The notes under the pieces are model-generated. The model worked only from the letters and a program-made list of their open reading frames with translations. It did no database searches and was not told the DNA's origin. A program made the position numbers and the translations under genes. Below, piece by piece: positions 52,839-64,000 of a DNA stretch of 64,000 nucleotides. This stretch comes from Methanomassiliicoccaceae archaeon (GTDB lineage Archaea > Thermoplasmatota > Thermoplasmata > Methanomassiliicoccales > Methanomassiliicoccaceae): the NCBI GenBank assembly GCA_963728405.1, contig CAVSJV010000004.1:192001-256000 (forward strand), written 5' to 3'. Numbering within the stretch: position 1 is the stretch's first letter; the number at the start of each line of letters is the position of its first letter.

Positions 52839-54449
52839 TCAGCTCGGGCTGAGCTTGGCGTTCTCCCGGTAGTCCACCGGCACGTCGATCACAGCCAGCT
52901 CGTCGTCCTTCAGGCACCTGGCGATGGTCTCCCTCAGCTCTTCGCTCGAAGAGATCCGGTATCCCGCGGCGCCCATCGATTCGGCATACTTGACCATATC
53001 GGGATTGCCGAACTCTGTGCCGATGGACCGGTGGAAGGCCTTCTCCTGCTTCAGGCGGATAAGTCCGTACTCCGAATCGTTCCACACGACGGTGACGAAC
53101 GAGGTCCCCAACCGCTTGGCCGTCTCCAGCTCCATGCTCGTCATCAGTAAGCTCCCGTCGCCGACCGAGGCTACGACCTTTCGCTCCGGGAAGGTCATCT
53201 TGGCGGCGATGGCCCACGGTATCCCTACGCCCATAGGTATGAGGCCGTTGCTCAGCAGCATGGTGTTCTCCTTGTATACAGGATATCTTTGCGCCATCCA
53301 TATGAGGTGGGCACCCACATCCGAGATAGCGATGTCATCCCGGCCCAGGGAGTCCCTGATCGCCCGGATGATGTTCTGGGGCTTGACCCCCTTATCTTCT
53401 TTCGGGGCCTCGGACAACATGTTGACGAGCTGGTCCTTCATTCCCGTCGACCAGCTCTTCTTAGGATCGGGGTCGCTGCTGAGGGAGGTGAGGACCTTGC
53501 GCACGCTTCCCAGCACCTGCAGGTCGGGAGCGAACCCAGGAGCGGTCTCGCAGGCCACCGCCCCGATGTACGCTATCCTCTTCGGCGCCCCATAGTTCCA
53601 GAACTGCGGCTCGAACTCCATCAGATCGAAGCCAACCAGGATCACGAGGTCGGCTGCTTCGAAGGCGGCTCTCATCATGTCCGCCCTCCTCAGTCCGACC
53701 GTGCCCAGGCTCAGGGCATCATCGAACGGCGCCACCCCCGCCCCCAGCCAGGTCATGGCCACCGGAATGTTCCAGTTGCTGGCGAAGCATAGAAGGGCCT
53801 CTGAAGCGCCGCCCCTCACCACGCCCTGCCCAGCCAGAATAATGGGCCTCTCAGATGCATCGAGCAGCCGTCGCAGCCGCTCGAAGTTGAAGATGTCCGA
53901 GCCCATGATCTCATGCCGGGTGATCTGCATCGGGGCGTCCTCCACCCGTTCCTTGAGAACATCCTCCGGCAGCTCCAGGAACACCGGCCCGGGCCGCTCC
54001 TGGGACGCAAGGTCGAAGGCCCGCCGGGTCAGGTCCGGAAGGCGACCGGCCGCCCGCACCGATATAGACTCTTTAGTGATCGGCCGGAACATGGACACCA
54101 GGTCGATGAATTGCTTACGAGGATGGTGCTGGCAGTCCACCTTTACCTGGCCACTCATGGCCACCATGGGATAGTAACTGAGGAAGGCCTCGGCGATGCC
54201 GATGGTCAGGTTGGCCGCTCCCGGTCCCAGCGTGCTCAGGCAGGCCCCAGGCCGCTTGGTCAATCTCCCCATCATCCCAGCCATGAACGCCGCGCTGCTC
54301 TCATGCCGGGTCAGAACGAACTCGATGCTCGAACCGATGAGCGCATCCATCAAGTCGAGGTTCTCCTCCCCCGGAATACCAAAGATGTGCTTCACGCCTT
54401 CGTTCTCAAGGCATTTTACGAGAAGTTCTGCGCCCTTCATCCGACTCAC
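52839..54449 (-). CDS. acetolactate synthase large subunit-like ThDP enzyme
   Basis: FGIPGEEN, RHESSAAFMA, TLGPGAAN, GDGS...N ThDP motif; no small subunit adjacent. Confidence 0.9.
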   Translation of the reverse strand: MSRMKGAELLVKCLENEGVKHIFGIPGEENLDLMDALIGSSIEFVLTRHESSAAFMAGMMGRLTKRPGACLSTLGPGAANLTIGIAEAFLSYYPMVAMSGQVKVDCQHHPRKQFIDLVSMFRPITKESISVRAAGRLPDLTRRAFDLASQERPGPVFLELPEDVLKERVEDAPMQITRHEIMGSDIFNFERLRRLLDASERPIILAGQGVVRGGASEALLCFASNWNIPVAMTWLGAGVAPFDDALSLGTVGLRRADMMRAAFEAADLVILVGFDLMEFEPQFWNYGAPKRIAYIGAVACETAPGFAPDLQVLGSVRKVLTSLSSDPDPKKSWSTGMKDQLVNMLSEAPKEDKGVKPQNIIRAIRDSLGRDDIAISDVGAHLIWMAQRYPVYKENTMLLSNGLIPMGVGIPWAIAAKMTFPERKVVASVGDGSLLMTSMELETAKRLGTSFVTVVWNDSEYGLIRLKQEKAFHRSIGTEFGNPDMVKYAESMGAAGYRISSSEELRETIARCLKDDELAVIDVPVDYRENAKLSPS

Positions 54450-55727
54450 TCGAACGTCTGAGCGCGTTCCTTGTAAATTGAATCTGCGGCCTTGCGGAGC
54501 ACTGCCTCAAGTTCGCCCCCATCCTCGATCGGTATGATGTGGTTCCCCCGGAGCATCTCAATGGCAGGGGTGCCGTATTTCGTCGATACCACTGCATCGA
54601 TGCCCTTCAACTTGTCCACGGTGCTCTCGATCTTGGTCCGATGGCCCGGACCGAACAGCGGGATCTCCTGCTGCTCACGCACATCGATGCTTTTTCCTTC
54701 GGAGATCTTTCCGGCCTCGACCGTGTAGGTCCGGAAGACCTCGGCATGGCCGAAGTGCTGGTCGACGTTCTTGCCGTCGCTGGTGGCCACTGCGATGCGG
54801 AACTTGGTGTTGCCCTCCAGCTCCATCGCCGCCGGCACACTCCCCCCTCTGGCACCAGCCGAGCAGGTATAGTGGGCGAACTCGGCCGAGCGGTCCTCTC
54901 CCAGCAGGCCGATGGCGTCCGCCCGGCATTGCCGACAATGGCGCATCTGACGGATATCGACCTCGCACAAGTCCTGCAGCTCCTTCCGCTGCTTGGCCGT
55001 TGGGGCGGGCAGGTTCTCGAACTTTGTTCCGGGGACAGGGATGAGCGGCAGGATGTTCACGATGAACGCTCCTAGCTCCTTTGCCCTCTTGGCAACGGCT
55101 GGGAGGTGGTCGGCATTGATGCCCGGTACCAGCACCGAGTTCACTTTGACCAGCATCCCGGCGTCGGCGGCCTTCTTGATCCCTTCCTGCTGTCTCTTCA
55201 GCAGGATCCCAGCCGCTTCAGCACCATGATAGTTCTTGCCCTCGAAGTGGACGAAATCGTACAGCTTCGCTCCCACCTCGGGATCGATGGCGTTCATGGT
55301 GACGGTGATGAACTTGACCCCCAGCCCCTTGAGCCGGTCCACAGTTCTCCGGCAACCGGAGGCCGTTGGTGCTCAGGCACAAGGTCAGCTCGGGGAATTC
55401 CTTTCCCACCAATTCGAGCGTGCGGAACGTCTCCTCGTTCGCCAGGGGGTCTCCCGGACCGGCGATCCCGATGACCGAGAGATAGGGGACCTTGGTCTTT
55501 ACGAACCGGATCTTCTCGACGGCCTGTTCGGGGGTCAGGACCTCGGAGGTCACTCCAGGCCGACTCTCGTTGGTGCAGTCGTACTTGCGATTGCAGAAGT
55601 TGCACTGGATGTTACACTTCGGCGCCACCGGCAGGTGCATTCGGGCGAACTTCTTGTGGGCGCACTCATTATAACAGGGGTGCGTCTCCAGCATCGCCTT
55701 CAGGTCCGGCCTGTCCTCAAGTGTCAT
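54446..55727 (-). CDS. nifB: NifB radical SAM protein with C-terminal NifX-like domain (frameshift ~55343)
   Basis: [63 protein letters not shown]; C-terminal [16 protein letters not shown]. Confidence 0.92.
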
Positions 55728-55946
55728 ATTCTCATCCTGCCTGAGCATGATTGTATAGAACACATATAATCCAATTCCCTTAACTGGGCCCATCAACGAG
55801 GGTCTCCCTCCAGCATCAAGATCCTTTTCGGGTCCGGCCCTGGTTCCAAATGCCATCGAGCGACTGGGGGCTCGACATCACGCGGCGCCCTAGTGCTCCT
55901 TGAAGGCAAATAATTCATAGGCGGGGCCAACATCGTAAGTCTCCGA

Positions 55947-56348
55947 ATGCAAGACGAATACCAGATCCGCAAGCTGATGGAGATGATGAACCGTCATGTA
56001 CCGACGAAGCGGATCTCCCTGGCCGAGCTGATACGGTCAAAGGAGGCCGGATACCAGGGCAAGGATGGCGTCAACTATCACATCAAGCGCAAGGAGCTCG
56101 ATCTCCTGGCCTCGATGCTCGATCCCGTTGAGAGGGAGAAACTGAAACTTCCCATCATTGTCATGACCGATACCTCATATGAGGCCGGAGGTGCCTGGAA
56201 GGTGATGGGCAAGCTGGAGGTGCGGGTCGTTTCGAAGATCGTGGAACGGGAGCCGGAGTTCCCCGATCAAATGCGGCTGTTCCACCCCCACATGGTCAAG
56301 CTGCGGCACGAGCTTCCCACGGCCACCACCACGGTGTTCGCTCCCTGA
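55947..56348 (+). CDS. DUF61 / UPF0216-family protein
   Basis: MNRHVP.KR.SL.EL, LKLPII, LRHELPTATT. Confidence 0.8.
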   Translation: MQDEYQIRKLMEMMNRHVPTKRISLAELIRSKEAGYQGKDGVNYHIKRKELDLLASMLDPVEREKLKLPIIVMTDTSYEAGGAWKVMGKLEVRVVSKIVEREPEFPDQMRLFHPHMVKLRHELPTATTTVFAP

Positions 56349-56423
56349 CGTACTTTCGAACATCCAACGATAATCCTTATAAGTGAATTATCTGTGTGTA
56401 GAACATCGGGAGGTATCGAACAC

Positions 56424-57583
56424 ATGTCCAGTGATGTTCACGGTGCGACAGGGGCCACTGCGCCCCCTGCAGAAGGGGCTGGTCCTGCTCGCACCGGGAT
56501 AACGGATCTCCCCCTTCACAACGGGACCGCCCCTCGGTGGCTCTTCAATCGCATGGTCAAGCTGGCCAGTGCGATCTCCGACGTAATGCTGCTGGAGTGC
56601 GGCAGCGATGAGTACCTTCGCCGGTTGGCCGACCCGTTCTGGTTCCAAGCATTCTCCTGCGTTCTGGGGTTCGACTGGCATTCCTCGGGGACGACCACCG
56701 TCACCTGCGGGGCGTTAAGAAAGCGCTCGAAGGCAGGAAGGACCTGGTCATGATCGGCGGCAAGGGCAAGATGTCCCTGCGCACCCCCGACGAGCTAGCA
56801 TTCCATGCGGACCTGAATGATATGTCCGAGGACCATCAGGCCCGCTTACTATATGCATCCAGGATGTGCGCCAAGGTCGACAATGCAGCGATCCAGGATG
56901 GCCACCGACTATATCATCACGCTCTGGCCTTCGACGACCTGGGCAACTGGACGGTAGTGCAACAGGGCATGTCCGATGTGACCGGTTACGCCCGTCGATA
57001 TCAGTGGAATTCCGGGCACGTCCTCAAGTTCGTGGAAGAGCCCCACACTGCCATCCTGGGGAGCAGAGTGGAACGGCCCCTGAACATGACCGCTAGCGAA
57101 TCGTCCGGGTCGCGGAAGGTGGCGGTGGACCTGGTCAATGATGGCGTCCAACACCTAGAGAAGGACATCTTGCTGGTGGCTAAGGGGCAGACCACCATTG
57201 ATGAATGGTGCGGGGAGCGGCCCCTCAAACTGCACATGCCCCGGACGGTGAACTGGAAGGCCTTGAGAAAGGCGTACGAGTTCCAACCGACCGATTACGA
57301 AGAGCTACTGGCCATAAGGGGGGTGGGGCCCTCAGCGGTTCGCGCCCTGGCCCTCACCGGCGAGCTGGTCTATGGGGTGGAGCCTAGCTGGAAGGACCCG
57401 GTCAAGTTCTCCTTCGCGGTCGGCGGCAAGGATGGCGTTCCATATCCGGTGGACCGTCAGGCCATGGACCAGGCGATCTCTTACCTGCGAAAAGGAGTAG
57501 AGGAGACAAAGCTCAAGAAGAGGGAGAAACTAGAGGCGATGCAACGCTTGCGCTGCCTCGTCCCGGAAGACATCGAGGTCTGA
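56424..57583 (+). CDS. DUF763-family protein (frameshift ~56718)
   Basis: [57 protein letters not shown]. Confidence 0.9.
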
Positions 57584-57626
57584 CCATGGCAAAGTTTCTT
57601 GATTACCTTCCTCTTCACCATGAGCA

Positions 57627-58190
57627 ATGGTAAAGGGTGAGAGGAAATCCTATGGGGCCAAGGGCGAGCTCCTGTATACTGAAAAGATACCGAAGAGCCT
57701 GCGCCCGCGCAAGGTCCTATCCGGGAAGAAATGGTCATATATAGAAAACCTGGGACGGATCAGCGAGGTCGTCCTAGTGGTCTTCCTGCTATTCCTGGTG
57801 ACCTCGACCGACCTGTCAGTAATGGCCAACGTGCTCAATCTGATGGCCGGCCTTGTTGCCCTCGTACTGATGTTCTACGCTACTGAGGTCCTCAGCCCCC
57901 GTGGACGGAGAATGAGCGTGCCGATAAGGATCTACTCCAAGGGGCTAGAAGTGCATACCTCGGCCCTGGAGGAGCTGAGGGGATATCCGAGCTTCATCCC
58001 TCAAGAGATGATCTCCAAGCTCATGGTCACCACCATCGCAGTTCCCCATGAGGGCCAATCCATCGTCATGCCCACCACTCTAAAGCTCGCCCTTTCCAAT
58101 GGCAAGGTCCTCAACCTCGGCCGGCGCAACTACTACGAGCTGGAGAACATGATCAAGCTGATGAAGGACAAGTATGGCGTTCATGAGTGA
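57627..58190 (+). CDS. hypothetical membrane protein (2 TM)
   Basis: 187-aa ORF with two hydrophobic helices, followed by a T-rich terminator. Confidence 0.65.
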   Translation: MVKGERKSYGAKGELLYTEKIPKSLRPRKVLSGKKWSYIENLGRISEVVLVVFLLFLVTSTDLSVMANVLNLMAGLVALVLMFYATEVLSPRGRRMSVPIRIYSKGLEVHTSALEELRGYPSFIPQEMISKLMVTTIAVPHEGQSIVMPTTLKLALSNGKVLNLGRRNYYELENMIKLMKDKYGVHE

Positions 58191-58951
58191 ACGCTTTCTT
58201 TTTTTATCCCACTGGTGAACCACTGCTCCCCCCCATGGGGGGGCGGCCAACCCATCTATCGTTCCCCCCTTCAATATGCAATTCGGACGCTGCGTGGATC
58301 CTGTTGATAAACCACGCCCCAGGGATCGAACCATTCTCAAGCTCATCCACCTATGCTCCAATGGAGGGCATATCACGCCCCCCCAATTGTTGGTCCCGCC
58401 TTTCCGACCACATTGCACCGGGCCCTTTGAGATCAGTGGTTCGAGGATTCGAAACATCTACTCCCCCCATCCTCCCCAATCTTCGGTTGAGGCATTTTAT
58501 TATCACAACGCAAAAGACATTGCCTCTGAAGGTGGTGAACGGGAGTGATCTCATTTTCGAATTGACCTAACGAGTTCTGGCCGATCTAGCTTACGCTGAA
58601 CAAGATGAACGCTGCTCTAGAACACAGTATCATCGAAAAAATCCAATGGAACGGCCCGTTCGACTTGCTGTTCAATGGCGATGCATTGAAGGCCGATCAT
58701 ATGCAGAATCCTTCCACCTGATTGTTGAGTATTTACAGATTGTGGCGAAAATGTCGACATGAACGAAAGCCATCTGATGCTATGGCTGTTCGATCCTTTA
58801 TCTGCAATTCCAGAATGTTCGAAAGAACAATTTGGCTTTGTTAAAGCCTAATACTGAATAAAAAACTCAGATTCCTGGTTTGATAGATAGAAAAATACTA
58901 ATTCGGAAGAGTTGACCATATGCAATTCGTTTGACTGTTAAGCCGACACAT

Positions 58952-61872
<2,921 letters not shown>

Positions 61873-62049
61873 AATTTGTGTCGGCTTAACACACAGTCCG
61901 AATTGCATATGATCGGTAATCATTAAACGCCAGGACCTCTTCCTTAATCCCAACGCTCTCCACCACTTCCCCGGAGAGGTTGCCTTTCCGGGTGCATCAG
62001 AGTGATATTTGGTCGATTTTTCGCTTCGACCGAAGCTTCCCTTCATGCT

Positions 62050-62280
62050 CGAAGGGCTATATATAGGTTGTCTTTTCGACAGTTCCTATCGCCCGAAACC
62101 GTTTTGGTTCCGGGCTCTCCCACCTAAGCGCTTATTGTATATAAGCATTTTGTAGGAGTTTGCTCCCAACATGCCTCGTTTCCGAGACATGCCAGACACA
62201 TAGGTCGCTGCCTATGCCCGAGACATTCCTTGCGTTTCGGGCTTTCCCAGCTAAGTCGCTATAGTATTTAAGCATTTCCT
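62050..62280 (-). promoter_or_regulatory. tandem rRNA promoters (three BRE/TATA units; two ~40-bp imperfect direct repeats)
   Basis: Minus strand AAATGCTTAAATACTATAGCGACTTAGCTGGGAAAGCCCG (62277-62238) and AAATGCTTATATACAATAAGCGCTTAGGTGGGAGAGCCCG (62150-62111), plus CCTATATATAG at ~62060. Confidence 0.7.
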
Positions 62281-62435
62281 TAACTGTTTACCGCCATATA
62301 TTTCCTAGGATCGCATCTTGGCCCCAGGCCTGGCGGGATTATGTGTAGGCCCGTCCTCCATCATATACCTATTCTTGCTATGAGCACACAATTACGTTCG
62401 GACGCCGCCGTTTATGATACTAATATAATAAGAGG

Positions 62436-63302
62436 CTAGAGCCGACGACTTTTTCGGATCAGCCCAGGGATCTCGGAAGCACGACCGGCCACGGAGGCGC
62501 CCGCTAGCTCCAACGCATCCATCTTGCTCTTGGCGGTCCCCTTCCCCCGAGAGATGATGGCCCCGGCGTGACCCATTCTCTTTCCTACCGGAGCAGTGCG
62601 GCCAGCGATGTACGCTACCACTGGCTTCCCCATGTGGGTCCGTATGAACTCGGCCGCTTCCTCCTCGGCGGACCCCCCGATCTCTCCAATGAGCACGACC
62701 TCGTCGGTGCGGTCGTCCTCCTCGAAATGCCTCAAAGCATCCACGAAAGAGGTGCCAATTATCGGATCTCCGCCAATTCCTAGGCAGGCGGATTGACCCA
62801 TACCGGCCTCGGATAGGGAGTTCACGACCTCGTACGTCAGCGTCCCGCTGCGGGACACCACCCCTACGCTCCCCTCTTGGAAGATCTGGTTGGGCATGAT
62901 CCCCAGCTTGGTTCGCCCAGGGATGGCGATTCCGGGGCAATTGGGGCCGATTACCGTGGCACCCATCAACTTGGCGAACTGAACAACGACCATGGCATCG
63001 TGGACGGGCATATGCTCGGTGATCAGGACCACAGTCATCATCCCAGCTTCAAGCGCCTCCAACGCACCATCCTTGGCCGCCGCCGCGGGTACGAAGATCA
63101 CCGTTGCGGAGGCATCCTCCCTCTCCAGCGCTTCTCGGACCGAGTCATAGACTGGCACCCCTTCGATGCTGTCCCCACCTTTTCCAGGGGTGACACCGGC
63201 CACGATGGTTGTCCCGAACTCTAGCATGGCCTTGGTGTGGAACCTACCCTGATGCCCAGTGACTCCCTGGACGATAACCTTGGTCCGAGCGTCGACGATC
63301 AT
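62436..63302 (-). CDS. sucD: succinyl-CoA synthetase alpha subunit
   Basis: [41 protein letters not shown]. Confidence 0.96.
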   Translation of the reverse strand: MIVDARTKVIVQGVTGHQGRFHTKAMLEFGTTIVAGVTPGKGGDSIEGVPVYDSVREALEREDASATVIFVPAAAAKDGALEALEAGMMTVVLITEHMPVHDAMVVVQFAKLMGATVIGPNCPGIAIPGRTKLGIMPNQIFQEGSVGVVSRSGTLTYEVVNSLSEAGMGQSACLGIGGDPIIGTSFVDALRHFEEDDRTDEVVLIGEIGGSAEEEAAEFIRTHMGKPVVAYIAGRTAPVGKRMGHAGAIISRGKGTAKSKMDALELAGASVAGRASEIPGLIRKSRRL

Positions 63303-64000
63303 ACCCTCCCTCCCAGCTTCACGACGTCCCGGACCGCATCCTCTAGGGTCGTGTGAGCAGCTATGCCTCGGGAGCGCAACATCTCCTGGGCCTTCAACTC
63401 GTTCACCCCACGTATCCTGGTCACGACCGGGATTGTTTCAGCCTGCTGGTCCAGAGCTCGTAGTACGCCCTCGGCCACGGTATCGCACCGGGTGATTCCT
63501 CCGAAGATGTTGATAAGGATCGCTTTCGGGGCGGAACGGGCCATGATGCCGAGAGCGATCTCCACCTTGGCCGGATCGTCGGTCCCTCCCAAATCCATGA
63601 ATGCTCCGGCTGATCGGTCGCTGAGGGCCAGCTCATCGAGGGTGGCCATAGTGAGGCCCGCCCCGTTGGCGATGACGCCTATCTCGCCGTCCAAGCGGAC
63701 GAAAGTGATGCCATTTTCTCGAGCTTCCGACTCCAATGGATCCTCTTCAGTCTGGCGGACCTTCAGTTCGGAATGACGGAACAGGGCGTCATCATTTATC
63801 ACGATCTTGCAATCCGCGGCCACCAGCCCGCCGCCCCTGGTCAGAACCAGAGGATTGATCTCGACGAGCTCACAGTCCTCGGCCACGAACAGCGCCCACA
63901 GATGGACGCAATAGATCGTGAACGGTGGCATTCTGCCCCTCAAGACCAAGAGCTGCCGCTACCTCCCTAGCCCTATATGCCCCTATACCTAGGAAAGGAT
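63299..64000 (-). CDS. sucC: succinyl-CoA synthetase beta subunit, 3' part (frameshift ~63908; runs off window)
   Basis: [35 protein letters not shown]. Confidence 0.93.

Noticed and set aside
58191-58916. 5S rRNA or genes downstream of the 23S
   Set aside because: No 5S consensus; only short unsupported ORFs.

Overview
Archaeal chromosomal window from a Methanomassiliicoccales-type methanogen (Thermoplasmata). The assignment rests on PolD DP2, Rpo3-uS11-uS4-uS13, uL16, Dph2, TBP, a partial MtxX-like gene, a Tes/ferredoxin/GGR lipid operon and a stand-alone 23S rRNA gene. Most of the window is housekeeping; 24-30 kb is a small accessory stretch. No CRISPR array, intact mobile element or recognisable defence system is present. 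Most notable: (1) tRNA-Leu(CAA) with a 22-nt D-loop intron at 21/22 in a relaxed bulge-helix-loop motif; (2) a complete heliorhodopsin, divergent from an unknown polytopic membrane protein and near Prx and SOD; (3) an orphan IS200/IS605 right end with omegaRNA-like scaffold and no intact tnpB; (4) a multi-hairpin structured-RNA candidate upstream of serS; (5) at least 11 single-base frameshifts, one in essential polC, most repairable by restoring ACGT, which suggests motif-linked basecalling errors from a DNA modification; (6) NifB-NifX coupled to acetolactate synthase, a ModE-HTH/Nudix fusion and frequent TAG stops. All calls come from reading the sequence by eye; no database searches were run.
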